Shown: piece by piece, positions 1-8,356 of the stretch
Numbering within the stretch: the first letter of the stretch is position 1
Layout of the letters: each line of letters opens with the position of its first letter
From: an uncultured Planctomycetia bacterium
Lineage (GTDB): Bacteria > Omnitrophota > Gorgyraeia > Duberdicusellales > 4484-171
DNA: 64,000 nucleotides
Direction: 5' to 3'
Assembly: GCA_964420965.1 (NCBI GenBank)
Contig: CAYQUQ010000001.1
Coordinates: forward strand, 31,544 to 95,543
Made by a program: the position numbers and the translations under genes
Notes under the pieces: model-generated
Seen by the model: only the letters and a program-made list of their open reading frames with translations
What the model was told of the DNA's origin: nothing
Databases searched by the model: none

Positions 1-2
1 CT

Positions 3-581
3 ACCTGGTGGATACGTCAGGCCATAACCCGGGCTATCGCCGACCAGGCCCGGACAATAAGGATACCGGTGCATATGACCGAGACGATTAACAAAATAAT
101 CAGAATTTCCCGGCTTTTTATCCAGGAGAAGGGAAGAGAGCCTACCCCCGAAGAATTATCCAAGGAACTCAAGCTCCCGGTTTTTAAAATAAAAGATATT
201 ATTAAAGTGTCCCAGCAACCGATATCGATACATACGCCGATCGGTGATGACGGCGACACTTCTTTTGGCGATTTCATCGAGGACAAAAAGGCCGTTTCTC
301 CGGCTAACGCTACCGTATTTTCGATGCTTAAAGAAGAGCTGGAACAGGTGATGGAAAGCTTAACCGACCGGGAACGAAACATACTTACTTTAAGATTCGG
401 GCTCGAGGACGGCAGTCCCAAAACCTTAGAAGAAGTCGGGACTATTTTTAGGGTCACGCGTGAACGGATCCGGCAGATTGAGGCCAAAGCTTTAAAGAAG
501 CTGCGGCATCCCAGCCGTTCGCGCCGTCTGCAGACTTTTTTAGAGCTTACCCTTTTCCGCGGTAAATTCCGCCCTTCATGA
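3..581 (+). CDS. rpoD: RNA polymerase sigma-70 factor, 3' part only (5' end lies outside the window)
   Basis: Region 3 motif [18 protein letters not shown]; region 4 motif [11 protein letters not shown]...[32 protein letters not shown]; frame open to the window start. Confidence 0.9.
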   Translation, partial: TWWIRQAITRAIADQARTIRIPVHMTETINKIIRISRLFIQEKGREPTPEELSKELKLPVFKIKDIIKVSQQPISIHTPIGDDGDTSFGDFIEDKKAVSPANATVFSMLKEELEQVMESLTDRERNILTLRFGLEDGSPKTLEEVGTIFRVTRERIRQIEAKALKKLRHPSRSRRLQTFLELTLFRGKFRPS

Positions 582-582
582 A

Positions 583-612
583 CCCCGTTAGAAAAGCTTT
601 TTTCTAACGGGG
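583..612. repeat. CCCCGTTAGA...TCTAACGGGG hairpin repeat, copy 1 (rpoD terminator position, followed by GGTAAAGGAG RBS)
   Basis: ccccgttagaaaagcttttttctaacgggg. Confidence 0.85.
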
Positions 613-624
613 TAAAGGAGCACT

Positions 625-906
625 ATGGTCGATAAAAAAACCGTTGAACATGTAGCCCAATTAGCCCGGGTAGCCATAAGCGAAGAGGAAAAAGAATCTT
701 TAGGCGATCAGCTTTCCAAGATTATTGACTACATCGATAAGCTTAAAGAGCTAAAAGTCGAAGGAGTAGCGCCCCTGAGAGGATTGCATATTGCCGGAAA
801 CATTTTCCGCGAGGATAAAGCCGTACTTAAGCCCGCAGAGGATATCTTAAACAACGTCCCTTTGCGCCAGGATAATTTCATTAAGATTCCTAAAGTGATC
901 GAATGA
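625..906 (+). CDS. gatC: Glu-tRNA(Gln) amidotransferase subunit C
   Basis: 93 aa; VEHVAQLARVAISEEEKE...; sits directly upstream of gatA/gatB; RBS GGTAAAGGAG. Confidence 0.9.
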   Translation: MVDKKTVEHVAQLARVAISEEEKESLGDQLSKIIDYIDKLKELKVEGVAPLRGLHIAGNIFREDKAVLKPAEDILNNVPLRQDNFIKIPKVIE

Positions 907-919
907 AGAAGCAATACCG

Positions 920-2347
920 ATGGATAAGTTAATTAGTCTTACCGGGCTAGAGATTGCGCAGGGAATTAAGGACCAGAGCCTTTCTAAAGAGGATGTTCAC
1001 ACTTTTTTTAAAAGCCGGATCGAAAAGCTGGACCGTTCTTTACGCAGTTTCGTAGAAGTTTATGCGCAGCCGATACCCGGGCCGGGAAGTTCTTCCTTAG
1101 AGGGTCTGCCCATAGCCATAAAGGACAATATTTGTATCCAGGGTAAAAAGATTACTTGTGCTTCTAAGATTTTATCTTCACACCGGGCGGCCTATGACGC
1201 TGCCGTGATCCGGAAATTAAAGGATGCCGGGTTAAGCATTATCGGGACTACCAATATGGATGAGTTCGCTTTCGGGTCTTCTACGGAAAATTCCTGTTAC
1301 GGGCCTACGAAAAACCCCTGGGATCCATCCCGGGTGGTTGGGGGTTCCAGCGGCGGTTCGGCCGCAGCCGTAGCCGCGCGGCTTGTTCCCTTTGCCCTGG
1401 GGTCAGACACCGGAGGTTCCATCCGCCAACCGGCCGCTCTTTGCGGCGTGGTCGGGTTTAAGCCGACCTACGGGCGGGTTTCCCGCTACGGGCTGGTTGC
1501 TTTTGGTTCGAGCCTGGATCAGATCGGCCCTCTGACTACAAATTTTGGGGATTGCGCTCATCTGCTCAATATAATTTGCGGGGCCGACGCTAAAGATTCT
1601 ACCGCGGTTTCTTTAGCCGTTCCTGATTTTAGAGAGAGTTTGGGCTGTTCCTGTGCCGGGGTAAAAGTGGGTTTGCCGAAACAGTATTTTGGGCCGGGAC
1701 TAGACCCGGCGGTAAAAACGGCGGTGGACGAAGCCATAGCTACCTTTAAGAAAAAGAAAGTAAAGTTTGTTCCCATAGACTTGCCCCATACCGAATACGC
1801 TGTAGCCACCTATTATATTATCGCTTCTTCTGAGGCCAGCTCCAACTTGCAGAGGTTCGACGGGATCAAATACGGCTTAAGGAGTAAAAGCGGTAATTTA
1901 AAAGAGCTTTATGCGAAAACCCGGGCTGAAGGTTTCGGCGACGAGGTGAAACGGCGAGTATTTTTAGGGACCTACAGCCTTTCCAGCGGCTACTACGACG
2001 CTTACTACCTCAAAGCTCTGAAAGCAAGGAGGCTGATTAAGGACGATTTCGACCAGGCTTTTAAAGCCGTCGATTTGATTCTCACCCCCACCTCGCCTAC
2101 GGCAGCCTTTAAAATCGGTGAGAAAGTAAGCGACCCCTTAAGTATGTATTTATCCGATATTTATACCATATCGGTTAATTTAGCCGGGATTCCGGCGGTT
2201 TCTTTCCCCTGCGGCTTTACTCCCGGCAATTTGCCGATCGGAGTCCAGTTGATCGGCAAAGAGTTTGACGAAGCCACGCTTATTAAGTTGGGCTCGCTTT
2301 TCCAGGACTGCACTGATTTTCATAAAAAAATACCCGCAATAAAATGA
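920..2347 (+). CDS. gatA: Glu-tRNA(Gln) amidotransferase subunit A (amidase family)
   Basis: Amidase signature GGSSGGSAAAVAA; KDNI..QG..TCASKIL; 475 aa. Confidence 0.95.
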   Translation: MDKLISLTGLEIAQGIKDQSLSKEDVHTFFKSRIEKLDRSLRSFVEVYAQPIPGPGSSSLEGLPIAIKDNICIQGKKITCASKILSSHRAAYDAAVIRKLKDAGLSIIGTTNMDEFAFGSSTENSCYGPTKNPWDPSRVVGGSSGGSAAAVAARLVPFALGSDTGGSIRQPAALCGVVGFKPTYGRVSRYGLVAFGSSLDQIGPLTTNFGDCAHLLNIICGADAKDSTAVSLAVPDFRESLGCSCAGVKVGLPKQYFGPGLDPAVKTAVDEAIATFKKKKVKFVPIDLPHTEYAVATYYIIASSEASSNLQRFDGIKYGLRSKSGNLKELYAKTRAEGFGDEVKRRVFLGTYSLSSGYYDAYYLKALKARRLIKDDFDQAFKAVDLILTPTSPTAAFKIGEKVSDPLSMYLSDIYTISVNLAGIPAVSFPCGFTPGNLPIGVQLIGKEFDEATLIKLGSLFQDCTDFHKKIPAIK

Positions 2348-3765
2348 GTAATTTCGAAACAGTGATCGGCTTAGAGGTGCATGTGCAGCTTAAGACAGAT
2401 TCCAAGATATTCTGCTCCTGCGCCACTAAATTTGAAAGCCCTCCCAACACCAATATCTGTCCGGTCTGCTGCGGCTATCCCGGGGTACTCCCGGTTTTTA
2501 ATAAAAAAGTTCTGGAATTAGCCCTGCGGGTTTCCCTGGCTTTAAACTGTAAAGTTAATAAGGATATATACTTTGAAAGGAAGAATTACTTTTATCCCGA
2601 TTTACCCAAGAATTATCAGATTTCTCAGTATAAGATGCCCCTGGGAGAAGAGGGTTCTCTTTTGCTGGCGTCGGGTAAAACCATAAAGATCAACAGAGTG
2701 CACATGGAGGAAGACGCCGGGAAATTAGTGCATAAAGAAGATTGTTCACTGGTAGATTTCAATCGTACCGGAATCCCTTTACTGGAAATTGTTTCCTCCC
2801 CGGATATCCGCAGTCCCGAGGAGGCTTACGATTACCTAAATCATCTTAAATTAACCCTTCAGTCTATCGGCGCCTCCGATTGCGATATGGAGAAGGGATA
2901 CTTACGCTGTGACGCTAATATTTCTCTCCGCGAGAAGGGTCAGGAAGAGTTAGGCACAAAAGTGGAATTGAAGAATATGAATTCCTTTAAAGGGGTAAGG
3001 TCGGCTTTACAGTTTGAAGCCGAAAGGCAGGCCAAAGCACTGGTTGAAGGCGAGAGAATCGTGCAGGAGACCCGGCTCTGGGATGTAGAGAAGCAAAAGA
3101 CTTTTGTTATGCGCACTAAAGAAGAGGCTCACGATTACCGCTATTTTCCCGAACCGGACCTCCTTAACTTTTCGGTTTCCGCAGAGCTCATCGAGCAGGA
3201 GAGAGGGTTGATTGGAGAATTACCGCTTAAAAAGAAAGCAAGATTAATGCAGGATTACGGAATCGGAGCTAAAGAGGCCGATATATTTGTGGGTAATTCT
3301 AAACTGGCCCGATTCTTCGAAGAGATACTTAAGGTTTATCCGCAACCCAAAGAGGTGTCTAACTGGCTCCTCGGACCCTTCTTAGAGCAGGTAAACAACT
3401 TAGCGGGTAATTTCGATTCCGTAAAAATATCTGCACAAAACTTCGCGAAGATAGTAAAATACTTCAGTGAAGGCAAAATGAATAATTTAGCCGGAAAGCT
3501 TGCCCTTTCCTTAAGTATAAGCACCAACGAAGATGTGGACAGCATTATCGACAGGGAGGAGCTTTTCCAGGTATCGGATCAGGATTCTTTAACTAACTTT
3601 GTCGAGGAGGTTATTAAGGAAAACCCCAAGCCGGTCAGCGAGTACAAAGAAGGCAAGCTCCCGGCGGTTCAGTTCTTAGTGGGTCAGGTAATGAGGAAGA
3701 GTAAGGGTAAGGCGAATCCTAAGGTCGCCAGAGAAATGCTAGAAAGGAGGCTAAGTGAGGCTTAG
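2344..3765 (+). CDS. gatB: Glu-tRNA(Gln) amidotransferase subunit B
   Basis: N-terminus MSNFETVIGLEVHVQLKTDSKIFC; 473 aa; 4-bp overlap with gatA. Confidence 0.95.
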   Translation: MSNFETVIGLEVHVQLKTDSKIFCSCATKFESPPNTNICPVCCGYPGVLPVFNKKVLELALRVSLALNCKVNKDIYFERKNYFYPDLPKNYQISQYKMPLGEEGSLLLASGKTIKINRVHMEEDAGKLVHKEDCSLVDFNRTGIPLLEIVSSPDIRSPEEAYDYLNHLKLTLQSIGASDCDMEKGYLRCDANISLREKGQEELGTKVELKNMNSFKGVRSALQFEAERQAKALVEGERIVQETRLWDVEKQKTFVMRTKEEAHDYRYFPEPDLLNFSVSAELIEQERGLIGELPLKKKARLMQDYGIGAKEADIFVGNSKLARFFEEILKVYPQPKEVSNWLLGPFLEQVNNLAGNFDSVKISAQNFAKIVKYFSEGKMNNLAGKLALSLSISTNEDVDSIIDREELFQVSDQDSLTNFVEEVIKENPKPVSEYKEGKLPAVQFLVGQVMRKSKGKANPKVAREMLERRLSEA

Positions 3766-3825
3766 ATTTTTGAAGCGTACAAAGGAAAGCTAACAAAAAT
3801 CTGTAGCCGAACTTACCCCCACACC

Positions 3826-3923
3826 AATTTGTACACTTTGTTTAAGGAGCGAAATTGGTGTGGGGGTTAATTCGCCCATACGACTTACGTTCATTCGCTT
3901 CGCTCACTCCGTAAGTCGTGGGC
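3826..3923 (+). other. Two consecutive strong hairpins in the 180-nt gatB-ctpA intergenic region
   Basis: cccccacaccaattt-N28-aaattggtgtggggg (3826-3866); gcccatacgacttacg-N20-cgtaagtcgtgggc (3874-3923). Confidence 0.5.
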
Positions 3924-3945
3924 TCATTAAAAGGAGGCTTAAGAA

Positions 3946-5208
3946 ATGAGAAGGAGAAGTGTTGTTTTTATAGTGATTCTGGCCGTAATCGCACTTTCTT
4001 ACCGGGCCGGTATTTCTTTCGGCCAGGAAGGCGAAAAGAAAAAGGCAGTTAAAAAGGCAGTTAAAAAAGTAATTAAAAAGGATGATTTATATAAAGAGCT
4101 GGAGATCTTCGCCGAAGGATTAGCCGTCATTGAAAAGAAATACGTCGAAGACAAGTCCGCGCAAGACTTAATCTACGGAGCCATGGAAGGGCTGCTGATG
4201 TCCCTGGATTCTTACAGCCAGTTTTTAAGCCCCGATGACTATAAAAACCTTTTAGTGGAAACGGAAGGAAAGTTCGGCGGGTTAGGTATTGAGATTACCA
4301 TCAAGGACGGTTTGCTTACCATCGTCTCGCCTTTAGAAGATACACCGGCATGGAAGGCGGGAGTTAAGGCCAGCGATATAATCGTTAAGATCGAGGGCGA
4401 GTTGACCAAGGGTATTACTTTGAATGAAGCCGTTAAAAAGTTACGGGGCAAACCCGGCACCAAGGTTACCATAACCGTTTTGCGGGAAAAGGGCCGCAAG
4501 CTCGAAGACATAACCATCACCAGAGGAATTATTAAAATAAAAGACATAAAAAGAGCCCTGGTCTTAGAAGACAATATTGGTTACGTGAAAATAGCCGAAT
4601 TTAGAGAGAATACGGCCCGGGATCTGGACAAGGCTTTAGAGAAATTGAATAAAAAAAAGCTCAAAGGTATAATCATTGATTTACGCAATAATCCCGGCGG
4701 GCTGTTGAGCTCAGCCATAGAAGTCAGCAGCCGGTTTATAAAAGACGGGGCCGTGGTCGTATCCACCAAATCCCGCAGTGAAGCGGAGCGGGTGTATAAG
4801 TCCTTGCGGGTCAATAAGAAGTATTTGGATATCCCTTTGGTGGTATTGATAAATAAGGGCAGCGCTTCCGGGAGCGAGATCCTGGCGGCGGCCTTGCGGG
4901 ATAATAAGCAGGCTATTCTGCTGGGGGAGGCAACGTTCGGTAAGGGCTCAGTGCAGACCATAGTACCTTTATCCGACTCTTCGGCGATGCGTCTGACTAC
5001 TTCGAAGTATTATACCCCCACCGGTAAGAGTATTCACGAAAAGGGCATTGAGCCGGATATTCTGGTGACTAAGACCGAAGCCGAAGGCGAGGAAGATGTT
5101 TTTAAAGATCTGGACAAGAAAAAGAAATTCGATTATAAAAAAGATTATCAGATAATCAGAGCCCTGGATTTAATCCGAGGCCTGCTCGTTTTAAAAAACA
5201 GCGAGTAG
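3946..5208 (+). CDS. Carboxyl-terminal processing protease (S41 family) with PDZ domain, signal-anchored
   Basis: N-terminal hydrophobic segment; PDZ-like segment GLGIEITIKDGLLTIVSPLEDTPAWKAGVKASDII; S41 core IIDLRNNPGGLL...GSASGSEILAAAL; RBS AAAGGAGG. Confidence 0.85.
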   Translation: MRRRSVVFIVILAVIALSYRAGISFGQEGEKKKAVKKAVKKVIKKDDLYKELEIFAEGLAVIEKKYVEDKSAQDLIYGAMEGLLMSLDSYSQFLSPDDYKNLLVETEGKFGGLGIEITIKDGLLTIVSPLEDTPAWKAGVKASDIIVKIEGELTKGITLNEAVKKLRGKPGTKVTITVLREKGRKLEDITITRGIIKIKDIKRALVLEDNIGYVKIAEFRENTARDLDKALEKLNKKKLKGIIIDLRNNPGGLLSSAIEVSSRFIKDGAVVVSTKSRSEAERVYKSLRVNKKYLDIPLVVLINKGSASGSEILAAALRDNKQAILLGEATFGKGSVQTIVPLSDSSAMRLTTSKYYTPTGKSIHEKGIEPDILVTKTEAEGEEDVFKDLDKKKKFDYKKDYQIIRALDLIRGLLVLKNSE

Positions 5209-5210
5209 GC

Positions 5211-6203
5211 ATGTACACCCTGGGTATAGAAACTTCTTGCGATGAAACTTCCTGCGCGATTTTAAATAATTTTGAAGTCCTTTCCAACGTTACCCTGTCT
5301 TCTTTAAGAGAGCACAAAAAGTACGGCGGGGTGATTCCCGAAATAGCCACCCGCGCCCACCTTAAGGCTATGGATAGAGTTTTAAAAGAAGCTTCTATTC
5401 AGGCCGATGTGCCCCTAAAGAAAATAGGCCTGATCGGCGCGACCTGCAAACCGGGTTTGATCGGAAGCCTGGTGGTCGGCCTTAACTTTGCCAAAGCCCT
5501 GTCGGTAGCGCTTAAAGTGCCTTTTATAGGAATAAACCATCTCCACGCGCATCTTTTTGCCCCTTTTTTAAATTGTGCGCATAAGTTAAGATTTCCCTTC
5601 TTAGGTTTAGTAATTTCCGGCGGGCATACTGAGATTTACCGCGTCGACGATTTCAATAAGATAAAAACTCTGGGCGAAACTCTCGATGATGCCTGCGGGG
5701 AAGTTTTTGATAAAGTGGCTATGGGCTACGGCTTGGGGTATCCCGGAGGTCCGGTTATTGACCGGCTTTACGACCAGAGATACAGAAAGGATTTTGATTT
5801 TAAATGCGGCCGATCCGGATTTGATTTAAGCTTCAGCGGAATAAAAACCGCCCTTATTTATAAGAGAAACGAACTTAAGGCCAAGGGCCTTTTTGATGCC
5901 AAAACGAAGATAAGGCTTATCTCTTCTTTTCAGTATGCAGTTTGCGAAACGATTATCCGCGCGGCCCGGGAAGCGGCCGCGAAGTTTAAAATAGACCGGA
6001 TAGTCTGCGGCGGCGGAGTCGCCGCCAACAGCTATTTACGCCGCCGCCTGAAAAGTGAAGAAAAAAAGGCCAGATTAGAGATTTTGGTTTCGCCCCGCAA
6101 GTACGCCGGGGATAACGGAGCAATGGTTGCAGGATTAGGGTTTTATCTGTATAATAAAAGGAGAACAAAGAGCCCTCTAAATTTAAGGGCCGAGCCGAAC
6201 TGA
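5211..6203 (+). CDS. tsaD: tRNA N6-adenosine threonylcarbamoyltransferase (Kae1/TsaD family)
   Basis: MYTLGIETSCDETSCAIL; GINHLHAH; VISGGHTEIY; CGGGVAANSYLR. Confidence 0.92.
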   Translation: MYTLGIETSCDETSCAILNNFEVLSNVTLSSLREHKKYGGVIPEIATRAHLKAMDRVLKEASIQADVPLKKIGLIGATCKPGLIGSLVVGLNFAKALSVALKVPFIGINHLHAHLFAPFLNCAHKLRFPFLGLVISGGHTEIYRVDDFNKIKTLGETLDDACGEVFDKVAMGYGLGYPGGPVIDRLYDQRYRKDFDFKCGRSGFDLSFSGIKTALIYKRNELKAKGLFDAKTKIRLISSFQYAVCETIIRAAREAAAKFKIDRIVCGGGVAANSYLRRRLKSEEKKARLEILVSPRKYAGDNGAMVAGLGFYLYNKRRTKSPLNLRAEPN

Positions 6204-6210
6204 CCGCATA

Positions 6211-6651
6211 ATGATTAGCTTTTTTCAAACCATAATCAGGCTGATTTTAGCTTTTATTTTAGGGAGCGTTATTGGTTTAGAACGGGAGAAAAAGGGGGGT
6301 AGCGCGGGACTACGGACCCATATCTTGGTTTGTGTGGGGTCGGCATTAATAATGTTGACTTCCCTTTATATTTATGATATTTATCAGGATAAGGCCGCAA
6401 TTGATCCTTCCCGAATCGCCGCCGGGGTAGTTACCGGTATCGGATTTCTGGGGGCGGGGACGATAATCCGCAGCCGGGAAGGAGTCAAAGGCCTGACTAC
6501 GGCCGCAAGTATCTGGGTGAGCGCAGCCATCGGTCTGGCCGTGGGTTGCGGATATATCAGCGCCGCGCTGGTAGTTACCGGCCTTTCCTACTTATCGCTT
6601 TCTTTTTTGAAAAAAATAGAAAAAAGGAGCTCAGCTAATAAGGCAATTTAA
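6211..6651 (+). CDS. MgtC/SapB family membrane protein
   Basis: RLILAFILGSVIGLEREKKGGSAGLRTHILVCVGSALIM matches the MgtC N-terminal domain; 4 predicted TM helices. Confidence 0.8.
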   Translation: MISFFQTIIRLILAFILGSVIGLEREKKGGSAGLRTHILVCVGSALIMLTSLYIYDIYQDKAAIDPSRIAAGVVTGIGFLGAGTIIRSREGVKGLTTAASIWVSAAIGLAVGCGYISAALVVTGLSYLSLSFLKKIEKRSSANKAI

Positions 6652-6661
6652 TAAGATTTCT

Positions 6662-6730
6662 CGTCCCGACTCATCGTCGGGACTCGAGATCAATTTTCCT
6701 GAGTGAAACGCTATAAAATTGAGGGGGTGA
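6662..6730 (+). terminator. Terminator-like hairpin with conserved tail GGGACTCGAGATCAATTTTCCTGA and downstream AAAATTGAGGGGG RBS module, copy 1
   Basis: cgtcccgactcatcgtcgggactcgagatcaattttcctga...aaaattgagggggtgaaaaaATG. Confidence 0.6.
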
Positions 6731-6734
6731 AAAA

Positions 6735-7223
6735 ATGGCGAGACGTAGAGAAGAAGAGAAAATTTTAGACGTAAGTGCGGCCATGCAGGGAAGCTTAGTT
6801 TTTTCGGACCCCGTAAACTTACGGATTAACGGAAAGTTTGAGGGCACTTTAACCACCAAAGGTAATTTGATTATCGGAGAAAGCGCTGAGGTTAAAGCGG
6901 ACATCATCGGTGAGAGCATAACTATTGCCGGTTATGTCCGGGGAAAGATTAAAGCCAGCGGGATGGTCCGGCTCGTAAGCACGGGGCGGATTGTTGCCGA
7001 CATGGAAGTTCCCCGGCTGTCTATCGAAGAAGGAGCGGTCTTTAACGGTAAATGCGCCATGCTCGAGGGAAGAATTTCCCTGGAAGAGCTATCCGATTAT
7101 CTTTCGATCGAAGAGGATAAGATCATGGAATGGGTCGACGGCGGTAAAATTCCCGTAGAGAAAGAAGGGAGCAGATTATTATTCGACCGCGAAGAGGTAG
7201 AAAGCTTTATAGCCCATAAATAA
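6735..7223 (+). CDS. Bactofilin-domain protein with a C-terminal excisionase-type helix-turn-helix
   Basis: Beta-helical xGxVxGxI repeats (NGKFEGTLTTKGNLIIGESAEVKADIIGESITIAGYVRGKIKASGMVRLVSTGRIVADMEV...GAVFNGKC); C-terminal LSIEEDKIMEWVDGGKIPVEKEGSRLLFDREEVESFI resembles the HTH of the next gene. Confidence 0.7.
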   Translation: MARRREEEKILDVSAAMQGSLVFSDPVNLRINGKFEGTLTTKGNLIIGESAEVKADIIGESITIAGYVRGKIKASGMVRLVSTGRIVADMEVPRLSIEEGAVFNGKCAMLEGRISLEELSDYLSIEEDKIMEWVDGGKIPVEKEGSRLLFDREEVESFIAHK

Positions 7224-7262
7224 ACCTTAGATAGAATAATCCCTGTAATCTAATTAATAATT

Positions 7263-7577
7263 ATGAAAGAAAAACTTCTGGCCACCAGAGAGGTTTCACA
7301 AATCTTAGGCATCCCCGAAAAAGAGATTATCGACCTGGCTAATACCAATATTATCCCCCATTTCAAGGTAGCCGGGGAGTTCTTCCGTTTTAAAAGAGAG
7401 GATGTATTGCGAATTAAACCTGCCATTAAAAAGAAATATAATCTTCCCGAAAAAAAACGCCACCGCTCAGAAAGCATTAGGGAATTTTTTTACTTTAATG
7501 ATTTTTATATTGTGGCGACAGCCTTAATAATTTTTTTGCTCTGGATAATCATTAAGGATATCGCCTTTAGCGCCTGA
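7263..7577 (+). CDS. Small excisionase-family HTH DNA-binding protein with a C-terminal transmembrane helix
   Basis: REVSQILGIPEKEIIDLANTNIIPHFKVAGEFFRFKREDVLRI; C-terminal FYIVATALIIFLLWIII hydrophobic helix. Confidence 0.55.
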   Translation: MKEKLLATREVSQILGIPEKEIIDLANTNIIPHFKVAGEFFRFKREDVLRIKPAIKKKYNLPEKKRHRSESIREFFYFNDFYIVATALIIFLLWIIIKDIAFSA

Positions 7578-7625
7578 TTGCACCGCCCCCCTTAATTTAA
7601 TCTCTATAACCCCGGGAGGAAGAGA

Positions 7626-7946
7626 ATGATAACTTACGATGAGTTTTCTAAGCTGGATTTAAGAATCGGCAGAGTTTTGGAGGTAAATCCTCACCCTGAC
7701 GCCGAAAAGCTCTATTTGTTAAAGGTGAACATCGGCGCAAGCACGATTTCTCTGGTTGCGGGAATAAGAGCTTTTTACGCCGCGCCGGATTTAGTCGGTA
7801 AATTAATAGTCGTTCTGGTTAATCTGGAGCCGAGAAGCTTAAGAGGCATTGTTTCGGAAGGAATGCTCCTTGCGGCTCAATCCGACGGCGACGTCAGCGT
7901 GATAGTTTCTGATCGCGAGGCAACTCCGGGGAGCAAGGTTAAATGA
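7626..7946 (+). CDS. tRNA-binding domain protein (CsaA/Trbp111-like, MetRS C-terminal-like OB fold)
   Basis: FSKLDLRIGRVLEVNPHPDAEKLYLLKVNIGAS....VAGI; 106 aa. Confidence 0.8.
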   Translation: MITYDEFSKLDLRIGRVLEVNPHPDAEKLYLLKVNIGASTISLVAGIRAFYAAPDLVGKLIVVLVNLEPRSLRGIVSEGMLLAAQSDGDVSVIVSDREATPGSKVK

Positions 7947-8356
7947 TGAAAACAGAATATTTAAGGGTCAATACAAAAGGAAACTGCGATATTATCGATA
8001 TTACCCCCGGCATAAGGGAAATAGCCGGGAAAGAAAAGCTTAAGGATGGGATTATCTTTCTCTCGGTCATCGGCTCAACGGCAGCTTTAACCACCATGGA
8101 GTACGAGTCGGGACTTAAGCAGGATTTAAAGAAGATGTTCGAGAAACTTATCCCCTACCGCAGGGATTATTCCCATAACTTTACCTGGGCCGACGACAAT
8201 GGCCACTCTCATCTGCGGAGTTCATTTATTAAAACCTCATTCTTTGTCTCGGTTACCGGCGGCAAACTTGATTTAGGAACCTGGCAGCAAGTGGTCTTAA
8301 TCGATTTTGACACTCGCCCCCGGGAGCGAAAAATCGTAGCCAAAATATGGATTTAA
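7943..8356 (+). CDS. YjbQ/UPF0047 family protein (secondary thiamine-phosphate synthase-like)
   Basis: ITPGIREIAGKEKLKDGIIFLSVIGSTAALTTMEYESGLKQDL...HLRSSFI..S...V..GKLDLGTWQQV; 137 aa. Confidence 0.8.
   Translation: MMKTEYLRVNTKGNCDIIDITPGIREIAGKEKLKDGIIFLSVIGSTAALTTMEYESGLKQDLKKMFEKLIPYRRDYSHNFTWADDNGHSHLRSSFIKTSFFVSVTGGKLDLGTWQQVVLIDFDTRPRERKIVAKIWI

Noticed and set aside
17-487. 156-aa minus-strand ORF overlapping the rpoD fragment
   Set aside because: It lies antisense to a strongly conserved sigma-70 coding region and has a low-complexity, Ser/Leu-rich translation. It is a spurious shadow ORF.
1558-1809. Minus-strand ORFs inside gatA, gatB, ctpA, tsaD, the transglutaminase-like gene and other conserved genes. 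These include 1558-1809, 3336-3545, 4239-4961, 5986-6228, 11556-11795, 12060-12548, 12633-12950, 38138-38545 and 43401-44027.
   Set aside because: All are antisense to genes with clear conserved motifs and have no RBS. They are typical shadow ORFs.
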